Source: Yuukianura sp. NJ FZ-2021
Taxonomy: Eukaryota
Length of the DNA: 64,000 nucleotides
Direction of reading: 5' to 3'
Assembly (NCBI GenBank): GCA_046563655.1
Contig: CM102284.1
Location: 6,882,001 to 6,946,000, forward strand
This document shows positions 40,200 through 51,500 of the stretch, piece after piece. Position 1 is the first letter of the stretch; every line of letters starts with the position of its first letter. The notes below the pieces were generated by a model. That model saw only the letters and a list, made by a program, of their open reading frames with translations. It ran no database searches and was not told the origin of the DNA. A program made the translations under genes and the position numbers.

Positions 40200-42393
40200 A
40201 TGACGAGTGTACACTACCAGGCTGATGACAACGACAACGTCAATGACCTTGGTCTGGGTGACCCCGGACTGTTTTCGATTCCATCACTCTCGGACTTTCC
40301 TCCAACCAAAAGCGACGCCTCAATTCGATCTAGACAAGACGAGCCAACTACAAAAAAGAACAAACGGAACAAAAATGACGGAACGCTCGGGGCGATCCAG
40401 CAAGGCATCAGTGACATGCCTGATTCGGCCTACATTCATACCTACCTCTTCCAAGGGAACTGGTACAAGTCACTCCGGTAAGGCACAAAAACATACTAAA
40501 TATAAAAATATATAAATATATTAATAAAATCATAATATATAAAAGGTCAATGTTCCTCGTGTCGTCACGAACGACCATCCGCCGACTGGCGTACCGGTCT
40601 CCAGTATCGGTGCTCCAAGAACGATCTCGTCACTTGGCTTCGTTTCCAAACGTGATCCATCCATACTCAGCATTTCGCTGGTACTGGGACATCCTGATGA
40701 CACTGTTCCTTATGGTGACATTGGTCAGTGACCCACTGCGCATGACATTTTTTGGACACACTCTCACGGAGAGTGACACCTTCCATGCCCAAGTTGGAAT
40801 TGTCGTCACTCTCATGTACCTTGTGGACATTATCCTGAACTTTAGAACGGGATTGGTGGACAGTCGAACTCAACTGGTCAACTTAGATCCTGATGCAATT
40901 GCAAAAAACTACGTTTTGGGATGGTTCTTGTTTGACATTCTGTCGAGCATGCCCTTTGACCTCATTTTTATCCTGTACAAGCGCAGTCATGGCGGCAGTT
41001 TTGCTGGTGAAGCCACTCTTGTCGAAGTCGTCCGAGTTTTGGAACTTTTCAAACTCTTTCGGCTCAGTCGTTGCGTCCGGTACGTCAGTCGGCTTCTTTT
41101 GGTAAGCTTCCAATTTTTCACGCCAATTTTTTGGAGAAAGTGAACTCACGATGACCTTTGACCTTAGGCTTACAAAGTGCAAGGCATGTACGTTCGGTTC
41201 ATCGATCATCTCCTGACGGTGACCTATCTCACCCATTGGCTCGCTTGTCTCCAATGGCTGATTCCGGACATGGCCAATGCAGCCCATGGGCCGAAAAAAC
41301 CCGGGAGTTGGATCAGTCGACGCGGGCTTTGGAATGTCAGTTTCCCCGAAAAGTACTTGAACTGCTACTTCCGGGCATTGACTTCTCAACTTGCCATGAC
41401 AATTGACCACTCTCCGACGGAATGGGAAGAAATACTGGTCAGTGTTCTCAATATCATCGTGGGAATCATCATGGTAGCATACTTCATTGGCCATGTATCG
41501 TCCATTTTGCTGTCCGATGGAGTTCCGGAACGGAAGTACGTCGAAGTCGTGAACCAAGTTCAAGAATACTTGCGATTCAAACAGGTTCCAAAGGAACTTC
41601 AAAAACGGATTATGCTCTTCTATGAAACGAGATTTCAAAGAAACTTTTTCAAAGAAGAGGAAATTCTTCATTCCGTTTCGGATGTTCTGAGAAAAGAGAT
41701 TTTGATGCACAATTGCCGCCATCTTGTCGAACAAGTTCCGATTTTTCAAGGACTTTCAAGTACCGTGATTTACGCAATTGTGGACAAATTGCAATTTCAA
41801 GTCTACTTGCCCCTGGACATGGTCGTTACAATCCACAGGTTCCAAAAAATTTCCTCAATTTTTTTTTGAAACTTTCCAAATTGAGTTTTTCGAGAAACTT
41901 TTTTGGTTTTCAGCGTTGGAGAAACTATGTACTTTATTGAAAACGGGATGGTTTCGATTTTGGCTGAAAATGGACGTGTGATTGGCCATTTAAAAGATGG
42001 AGACTTTTTCGGCGAATTGTCACTCATTTCCAGCGAAAAGCGTGTCGCGTCAGTTGTTGCTACAAGTCAAGTCAATGCATATATTCTGCACAGAACCGAC
42101 TTCAATGTCGCCATGGCTGGATATCCTGGTACAGCCTATTTTCAAAATCGAAATTTCGAAAAACACGATTTTTTAACTTTGAGTTTCAAATTTTAGAAAT
42201 TTTGCAACGTATTTTGAAAATTGCTCATGGACGAATCAACAAAATCAACTACGTGGCGGACATTATTCGGGCAAACGATGGAAATGCTAAATTGGAAATT
42301 CAAAAAGAATTGGAAGCAATTGCTAAACAAAAGAGAGCCAACAGAGATTCACTTTCATCTTCTTCGTCATCCTCAGCATCGACACTCGTCTAG
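40200..42393 (+). CDS. Divergent HCN-family cyclic-nucleotide-binding-domain channel, 5 exons, ~638 aa
   Basis: Exons 40200-40477, 40546-41101, 41168-41838, 41914-42128 and 42197-42393 total 1917 nt and stay open. HCN signatures IHPYSAFRWYWD, DIILNFRTG, WFLFDILSSMPFDLIF, RLSRCVRYV, HWLACLQWLIP, C-linker QVQEYLRFKQVPKELQKRI, CNBD MYFIENG..DGDFFGELSL..RVASV. AATAAA at 42437. Confidence 0.92.
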
Positions 42394-43148
42394 AGGTCAA
42401 AGGTCAACCAAATTTCTTGAAATACAAACAGAGTCTAATAAACAAAACGTTGTTAAAGTTCATATTTTAGTAATGAAACTTTCAAAATTATTGTTTTCAA
42501 GGCTATATTTTCTGGTTGAAAGAAAGTTATTGTGTTTTCTTTCGATTTTTTATGTACTTCGGGGTTATTCCTCCCTTCATTTGTACAAAGGCAGAATTTA
42601 TTGACGTGCTAAAGCCAAAATATTATCATCCATTGCATCTTATGGAGAAAAAAGGAGTAGAGTGGATTGGGTTTGATTCTGAATTGATTTATTACCCTCG
42701 GCTAAGTCCAATTCGAATGGACAATTGAAATACTTTTCAGATGCATCATAGCCTATGCTGTAAAGATCTTCTGAAAAGGCGTTTGATTTTTGATGGTTGA
42801 AGTAGCTCGTTAAGAAGTAATTGGAAATCATGATTCTTCTGCAGAAGCCTAGGGAAACAAAGGGAAGTCTTAAAAATTCTTCAACTTCTTCTTCCTTCCT
42901 GTCTCAAACATCATCCAGTTCACATCTACCTGTCGACAGCGTCTCTTATACATTCAAACTCGTTTTGCAACTACAAAAAATTGCAATTACAGAATAGTTT
43001 ACAAAAAATTGACAGTTTTTGGATCATTGTGCAGTTGCTATTTTCTGTGCAACGACTAATGTAAAATTAAGTTGGAAATCATTTTAATTTCAGTTGCGGA
43101 ATAAGTTAAAATTAGACCATTTGCGAATTTTTTTTTGAAGTGTGAAAA

Positions 43149-45618
43149 ATGCAATTACTTACACTGATGAGGTTAATTAGTGGATTGGTTGTGCTGACAG
43201 CTTTGAACAAAGTGTCATGCGCTCTAACGTTTGAAAACGAATGGGATAACGCGGATTCTGTTGTAGTTGAAGGTAAAGTTGAGATTTAGAGCGATATTTG
43301 ATGTAAATTGAATGTAAGCTGCTATTTTGATTGATTTTAATTTCTTTGGTTAATTTTATTTTTAAACCTGGGTAGCCCATGTTGCAAGTGAAAATGACGC
43401 TGACCAATCATTAGAAGAAGAAAGCAACGGGCGGTTTCGGCGTCAATTCGTGAGTGTGACTGGGGTGGGACAATTTCCCGGGTTCCCACCGGGGTGGCCC
43501 TTTGGTGGTCAACGCCCTCAGGCGCCTGAACATGTTCAAGCAAAACCGAATCCGTTTTCAGAACCATGCAAAACTGTTCGCGGAGAAGAGGGACGCTGTA
43601 CACTCATGTCAAAGTGTTATCCAGTGCTGTACAGTGCAGATTCCGGAAATGAAACTGGTGACATGGTTCTAAGGAATCCCAATTTGGCTGAAATTTTGAG
43701 GTCACAGGTCAGCGGTCCCTGTGACGCTCCCGAGGAAATTGCAAATCAGTTCCTGTTTAAAGCCGGTAACCACTTCTTCCAAAATTTTGACGCTAAATTC
43801 TGTGAAGCTTTAGTTTTTTTTTTGCTCGCTGTTCTCAGTCTTTTACAATTACAATGTTATAGACGCGGAGTTTCGAAGGAAGCTGATTTGCTGCCCAAAG
43901 GAGGATTCGAAACAGCAGCCGAAACCAGTGGCACAACCTCGCCCACCTCCAACAACGACGACGACAACTTCAACGACCACGACGACAGCCGTACCATGGA
44001 CACGGTACACAACAACGGTTCCGTCGACACGGTACACAACAACGGTTCCGTCGACACGGTACACAACAACGGTTCCGTCGACTCGGTACACAACGACGGT
44101 TCCGTCGACTCGGTACACAACGACGGTTCGGTACTTTCCGCAACAGTTGCGACCGTTCGGTCACCGCCCTCCGACAATTAGTCCAGGACAACTCAAAACA
44201 ACAACGGCTCGACCACTCGTTGGATCCAGTTGCGGCATTTCCAAAATCGTCGGTGGAACGGAGGCTGTTGCTGGCAAATATCCATGGATCGTATGTTTTT
44301 CATTTCATTGCATATAAAATCGATTACATCAACAGCAAACACGTAATTTTGCCTCAACACCTTTTTTTTTTAACGTTGTTGAAGGAAAACGCCGTTTACA
44401 TAACATTATTTTTCATACAAACTCGAATTGCAACTTACATATTTTGCTTATCAAACGAGGCTACAATTTTATTTTTTATTTTTAGGTGGCGTTAATGAAC
44501 GGACACAAACAGTGAGTGGTATATTTTTATTTTTGTATTATAAAATTTTGAACTTTTGAAATTTTTGGAAAAGCATGATTTTTGTAAGGTATTTTTTGTT
44601 AAATTGAGTTTTTGAAACTTTTTATTGCAGATTTTGTGGTGGGTCGTTAATTGACAGTCAGCATGTTCTTACTGCAGCAGTAAGTGTAGTATTGAAATTT
44701 AGTTGATTAAAAGGTGTCAATGAATTGTAGTTAATCAATTAACTAATTATTTCCGCTTTTTGTTAATTTAGCACTGTGTTAGTCACATGCAAGCTCATGA
44801 TGTGGCGAGGGTTCGCGTTCTCCTAGGAGCACACAACATTCATCAACTTTCACAAACGACTGTCGTCAAAAAAGTTGCAAGACTCGTCAGACATCGATAC
44901 TTTAGTCATCAAACGCTCGTAAGACAATTGCAAATTGCAAATTTTGTTTTGATAAATCTTTAACTTTGAGTTTTTTTTAGCACAATGATGTGGCTGTAAT
45001 GAAACTTGACAGTCCAGTTACATTCTCAAACTACATTGCACCAATTTGTCTTACAAGAGGGCAGAATCGTTTCGCAAATGAGGAAGCAGTGGTAGCTGGT
45101 GAGAATCGAGATAGAAATTTTGAAAATTTCGCATTTCTAAATGCAGAGCTTTCTTTTTTAAATTGAATTTTTGCAGGATGGGGAAGCATAAGTGAACATG
45201 GAGGACAACCTTCAACATTACGTGAAGTCAAAATTGACATTTGGACCAACGACAAATGCAGACAGAAGTATGGTCACCAGGCTCCCGGTGGAATTACTGA
45301 GCACATGGTATTGGATTTTCAAAATTTTGAAAAATTTGAACCAAAAAACGGATTTTTTTTAATTTAGATGTGCGCTGGGTCGTACAGTCGCGACGCTTGT
45401 CGTGGAGACTCTGGCGGTCCACTAATGTCACACAAATCTGGAAATTATTTTGAACAAATCGGAATTGTCTCATGGGGCATCGGATGTGGAAGGTTCCCAG
45501 GAGTGTAAGTTGGAAAATAATGTATTTAATTATATGCAATTAATTAATTTCAATACATTTTTATAGTTATTCCCGTGTGACTGACTTCCTCGCATGGATC
45601 ACCAAGAACATTCAATAA
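43149..45618 (+). CDS. Clip-domain trypsin-like serine protease (proclotting-enzyme-like), paralog 1
   Basis: Signal peptide [24 protein letters not shown], six-Cys clip ([23 protein letters not shown]), Thr-rich linker, CGISK/IVGG activation site, [39 protein letters not shown]; stop TAA at 45616-45618. Confidence 0.95.
43988..44135 (+). repeat. Coding minisatellite, ~5 copies of a 27-nt unit encoding (S/W)TRYTTTVP
   Basis: Repeats of CGGTACACAAC(A/G)ACGGTTCCGTCGAC(A/T) are directly visible, preceded by an ACN-codon poly-Thr run. Confidence 0.95.
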
Positions 45619-46098
45619 GAAATGCAGTAAAAACTAGTTTTGTGAGGGGTAGGGTATTGTGGATTGTTTACAACTTAAGGAGACCTTCTGCATTGGCGGA
45701 AATTAAAATTACGCAAAATTCCGCAAGTTTTTGCAAACTATGAGGTATTTAGTGTACCTTGCAATTAAAATGCAAAGTTTTAAGGAGGGACTCTGCCGGT
45801 CATTCACTTTTCGGAATGAATAAAAAAAATGCCTTCAATCAAAGTCAAGATCAACAACAATTCAATATTTGCACAATGAAATCCTACCCTACCTCCAGCT
45901 ATTTTCCACAACAATTAAGAATGCAAAAAACTGAAACAGGGTGGATTTTGCACACAGAAATTGCACACTTTATTCGGCTTTTGATAAGTCTCCATCCAAC
46001 ACCCTCCGGTTTTCGAAGGAGGAGAAGATTTTGCAAGCTTGCAAAATCTGACCATTTTAAAAAAGACATTTCATTTGAATTTTGGAAAAGTTTTCACA

Positions 46099-48533
46099 AT
46101 GTGGTTTTATAAGAAAGCAAATTTTTGCAGTGTGCTTATTTTCGCGAATTTGTTCTTTTTGCAAATTTTGGTCCACGATGTTCGTTCGACAGTTTTAGAA
46201 ACTGATGACACGGTTATAATCGACGGTAAGTAAGAAGATTTCGTACCAACGCAAAACTTTAGACAAAAACTCAAAATTTTCACTTTTTTTTGTGGAAATT
46301 TTGCAGCCGAACCTGAACCAGAAATTGAAATTTCGATGCGTTCCAAACGTCAGTTTCCATTTCAACTGTTTCCAAATTGGCCATCAAGTTTTCCCACGTC
46401 AAGACCAGCTCAAACTCCACCGTCTTGTCTTTCAGCTGCCGGAAAAAGAGACGCTTCACTTTCAGAAAGTAAGTCGAAAATTTTAAAAGAGGAAAATCAA
46501 AATTTTAATTTTAATTATTCGTTTGAAATTTTGATGTTTAGAAGAACCAGGACACTGTGTAACACTGAAACAGTGTTTCCCTGTCCTTTATTCACTGGAC
46601 GATGAACAGGGAGACACTTTGCAAAATCCAGGACTAGCTGAATTGTTGCGAGATTCTGCAGGATCATGTGACCCCACCGCCGCTGGGAATTTCTTCTTCT
46701 TCAGAGGAGGTATTTCAAATTTTAACTAGGTTACTTGAAGTATCTATTCGAATTCACTAGGATTCGAAAAATGACTTTTTCATATTTTTTGATTTTTTAG
46801 ATTCAGAAGCAGAATTTAGACAAAACTTTGTGTGTTGCTCTCAAAATAAAAAGCCAAGTCTATTTCCGACATTTCGTCCCGCCTCTCCTCCAAAAGTTCC
46901 TGCTGGTGGAGTCAAAGTTCCCACTCAGCGCCCCACCGCCCCACCAAAAGTTCCTGCTGGTGGAGTCAAACTTCCAACGCGCCGCCCCACCGTCGGTCTT
47001 CCGAGGCCACCGACAGCACCCACCTTGGCCCCTAAGCCACCAATGCAACAAGGTTCTTCGGAAATGCCCAAAGTTGACACTTCATCGAGTTGCGGAGTGT
47101 CCAAAGTTGTCGGTGGGACTGTCAGTGGCAAAGGACGCCATCCGTGGATCGTGGCTTTGACGAATAATGGACGCCAGTTCTGCGGAGGGAGCTTAATCAG
47201 GTTGGAAATGCTTATAAACTGCAAAATTTTGAATTCTACAATTCAAATTTCAAAATAACTTTCTTTGCTTTCTCTTTTTAGCAAAAACTTCGTGTTAACA
47301 GCCGCTGTAAGTCGCTTATTCAGTTCACAAGACTTTGAAACTGCTAAACATTAGATTTTTAATGCAATTTTTCTTGGATTATTTTCAGCACTGTGTATCT
47401 CAGTACGTAAGGCACAGAATGACGTGACCCTTGACCTGGCACAAAGAATCAATTGTGAATTTTTATTTTATTTTTTAATCTATTGAAATCAGTATGCGAG
47501 CAGCCGACATTAGTCGAATTCGAGTTCATTTGGGAGAGCATACGCTTGGAGTTGGCGAAAATACGGAACAATTCGAAAAAGTCACGCGCGTCCTCTACCA
47601 TCGCGGTTTCAGCCATCAGACGCTGCACAACGTACAACTTTATGATTATAATATACACGTTTTTATTACATTTTAATAATAATAATACATTATAGGACAT
47701 TGCACTTTTGAAACTGGAATCTCCGGCGAGAGAAAGTTCGTACATCCAGCCAGTCTGTTTGTCACAAGGCACAAGAAATCTTCAAGACACCGTCGTCACT
47801 CTCGCTGGATGGGGTTTGGCATAAATTTTTTTAACGAGATGAATTAAATGTGTTAATTATTTTATATAAATTAATAAAAACTGTTCCGCAGGTCAAGTTC
47901 AGGACGGAGGTGTGCAGAGTAGTACGCTAAGGGAGGTCAACATGAAAGTGTGGTCTCTAGAGTCCTGTGTTGCCAAATATGGTAACAGATCTCCTGCAGG
48001 TAAGCTATTTAGATCAATTAGTTTTGTATAATTTGTAACTTATTTTAATAGTTGGTCTATTTTTGATTTTTAAGGCATCATCTCCTCTATGATCTGTGCA
48101 GGAAGTCCTGGAAAGGATGCGTGTCGGTACGCAAATTAGTTTTAGTATTAACAAATTAATTGTCTAACTAAAAGTATTGAATTATTTGCATTTGGATTTA
48201 TGCAGTGGGGACTCTGGTGGACCTCTGACGATGAGGACTTCGCGCAACGTTTATGAGCAAGTAGGCGTTGTGTCATGGGGCATTGGTAAGTCTTTTTTTT
48301 TTCAAAATGGTAAAATTTTAAAAAATTCAGATTTCAAAAATCCGGTGTTGTAAAAATTCGGTTTTTACTTTCTTTTAGGGTGTGGCACTTACCCTGGAGT
48401 GTGTAAGTTAACATCTCAAAATAATGAAACTCCTTTGCAATTAAATATTTTCTTATTTGCTTATCATATTTAATTTTTAGACACAAAAGTATCTGCCTTT
48501 TTACCGTGGATTGAGAAAAATCGGAAACTTTGA
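46099..48533 (+). CDS. Clip-domain trypsin-like serine protease, paralog 2 (tandem duplicate)
   Basis: Signal peptide MWFYKKANFCSVLIFANLFFLQILV, clip (PSC..GHCVTLKQCFPVLY..GSCD..FVCC), Pro-rich linker, [49 protein letters not shown]; stop TGA at 48531-48533. Confidence 0.95.
46886..46992 (+). repeat. Coding tandem duplication, 2 x 54 nt (PPKVPAGGVK[V/L]PT[Q/R]RPT)
   Basis: CCAAAAGTTCCTGCTGGTGGAGTCAAA occurs twice, 54 nt apart. Confidence 0.9.
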
Positions 48534-51500
48534 AGCTCCCTTATTTGAAATCAGTTTTATGCTGAGATGAACTAGAAAAACCTAACCCAGTTTTGTTTGT
48601 TTTCCGAAATTGTTCTTGGAATAAAAACAAAAATAAATCATAGCTTTTAAAGATATTTGCAATGATTAGTAACCTATTTGGAACAGCATCTTTAGCTATG
48701 TGTAGTATTTGTGATGTAGTAAGTGGGAACTGTTGTTTTTGAATTTGCAACAACTGATAACTCTGAGGTTTTTCTGAGAAGAGTGTTGCAAAATGACTCT
48801 AATCCTCCGATTTATCTGTGGCGGATGTGGTGGCCATTACCCGGGCGTTTAAAACTTGTTGGCGGTTTCAAAATGTAGGGAGCCTTAACTCATTCAGTAA
48901 TTAACTCACTAACCATAACGTGTTGATCAGTTGAGTGAAGTTGTAAACCACATTGAACGTTTAACGTTAACATATGAATTAAACTGTTTGTCAAAAATAG
49001 TTTACTCCCTCCAAATAATCGCGTGAGGAAAACGTAACTACGTATTGCTTAAACGCTGTTTATAAATTTTCTGTAGTGAAGTATGCCTTATTTCCAATGC
49101 TACTATAAAAATATTTTTCACAACGCGTTAACTTTTATCAGTTTTAAAAGTTCTCTTTTTAACATATTAAATTAAGTAAGTTCCAATTATATAATAATAT
49201 TGTATTAATATATTATAAATAAGTGAATACTAATGTTGTTCTTCGATAAGGTTGGGCTGATTGAATGTGGATCATCATTTGGGAATTCAATGTCACCCGA
49301 TCACCCTCTGAAATTTTTTAAACTGAACCATTCGCAGTGAATTTTGCGAATTTGCTAGTGCTTTGCAAATATCGGTCTAAAAATTTGCACAAGCATTGCA
49401 ATTTTTCGAGTTACTCAGTTTTGCAACATCTTCCCAGCATCAGTGATCAATGCTTCCGAATTTTTGATGTCACGGTCATGCGTCACAATTTATTTGCAAA
49501 TTCAACTAAATCCATTTCCTTCGTAATTGTTTCAAATTCAAACTCTGTTAGTCATCAAATGACGCGACCTTCCTGTCAATAATCTGCAAAATTCGCAATT
49601 TACGAAATTTTGACTGCGATTCCATGTTTTGGTCTGAGTTGCAGCAGTGTTAAAAATTTCATCAGAAAAATCGATAATCGTGAAGTCAAGGTGCATCTTA
49701 TCTTCTTTTTTTTAACTCGTAGAAAGTCCATTGCACTTTCTCCGAGCAAGGACATTTTGAGTTGAAATTTCGAAATTCCAAGTCCCTGGCATTTCGACTA
49801 CTCACCTTTGCAGAGGACAAGAACAAGGAATGAATGACTTTTCAAAAAGAGTTTCCAAAATAGCAAACCCATTATGAAAATTTGACACAAAATTTGTTTG
49901 TGCAATCAGTAGCTTCAGCCGTTCCCTGTCTCTCTACTTAAAAATTTACAATTTACATTTACGATTTTTTACAATTTAAAATGACAAAGCGCCTTTCCTT
50001 AAGTTTCGTGGTTCAAAATAAAAATGCTTACTCAAGGCTGCACACTCCAAGTTCGTTACTCCCAATTTCGGTTTGTGGTTGCTAGGAACTTAAGTCCGTA
50101 GCAGTTATTATTAAAGTTAGCTGCAAAAAATTATTGCAAAAAAAGAAAGCAGAAACTATAGATTTAAACACAGGCTTTTGGTTTTTAGCATTAACCAAAA
50201 TTCATGGACTCTTCCACTACCAAACTCATTTTAAAAATGGCCAGAGGAAGGCGTGATTTGTTCCATTGATTAGCACGTCTCTTCTGCTGTGCTGCTTCTT
50301 CAAATCTTCCATCTGCCTCAAAAAGCATGAACAGTCTTGCACTTTTGCGAATATTTTTTTTGCAATTTTTTTGCAACATGGCTTTAGCTTCTCTTGGTTG
50401 TAAACTTAAGGTTGAAGGAGATGCGAAATTTTAAGAGCCAAAAGCTACTCAGGGCGTCTGCTCAAGTGGTGGTGGTGTGATCAGCTTCCCAGTCTGAAAG
50501 CCTATAAAGCCTATGGTGATATAACTTTATAGTCTATGCTTATAGTCTTTTTTGCATCTTCGTAGTTCGTAGTAGATGCCATTTCATTGTGAATCTGCTT
50601 TTGCAAAAAATATTCGCGAAAGAGGGTCCTGACGCCGGCGTCTTTCCCTCTCTTGTTTTCTTCTTTGCATTTTTTGCACTGTGTACCAAACTGCTTATGG
50701 ATTCTGAATTTTTTGCTTTTTGGCCAAGTGCCAAATTGAAGCTGCTTCAATTGGCATAAAAAAACAACGCACAATGAAAGTTTTTTGGTCTCTTAGAAAA
50801 TTTAGTGGTTTCATGGAAAAAGTGCTGCGTAGTTTTCGCCTACTTTGGAAGGCAACAGACTTGCAGAAACTAAATCTCCCACTCGAACTGGGTCTTCATA
50901 CTATGTACAAATGAAACTTTATAGAACAAATTGAGAGAGGACTATGAACCATGTTTAGACTATGTTTTCTTATAGGCTACGAGCCTAGTAACTTTCACTA
51001 CTGCGTAGTCTGGGAGTGTGCTTGTTGCAAATTTTTTGCACAAATAGGTTACTTATGCTGAAATTGTCCATAATATTTAACTTGTAGATAAAAAATATAA
51101 GAGACGAGACAAACAAATAGTAATTGTAGTTTAAACTCTTACTACAAATCAGAGGTCACAGGATTTAAAAGCATGCAGGGCCGAACCGTCGTGGGAAACG
51201 GCCAAAACGGAACTACGAGCCGAGACTTTAATTTGTGCATTAAATTAATTAGTGTTAATTCTGTACTTTATTTTTTAAAAGTAATTTTACATTAAACGTA
51301 TTTAATTAGTACGAGAATAGATCGTTCACGCATGTTAGTAGTGCTTAGCATTTAGTTCAATGAAGGCACGGATGTGTGCTACGACCTAGTGACGAGTGAA
51401 TTGAACTAAAAATGTAAACAGTAGTAAAAATTCCTTTGAGTTGTAAATTCCTGGAATTCCTGACACTTAAAACGTCACACCTCCATTCACAAAATACTTT

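Noticed and set aside
40883-41749. 288-aa minus-strand ORF
   Set aside because: Antisense shadow of the HCN-like coding exons.
43767-44181. C-terminal half of the 243-aa ORF 43450-44181 (DTVHNNGSV repeats)
   Set aside because: It reads through an intron (43767-43862); the spliced frame gives the clip CC and the Thr-rich linker.
43849-44191. Repetitive ORFs in several frames, and a possible CRISPR-like array
   Set aside because: All derive from the 27-nt coding minisatellite; there are no unique spacers and the context is eukaryotic.
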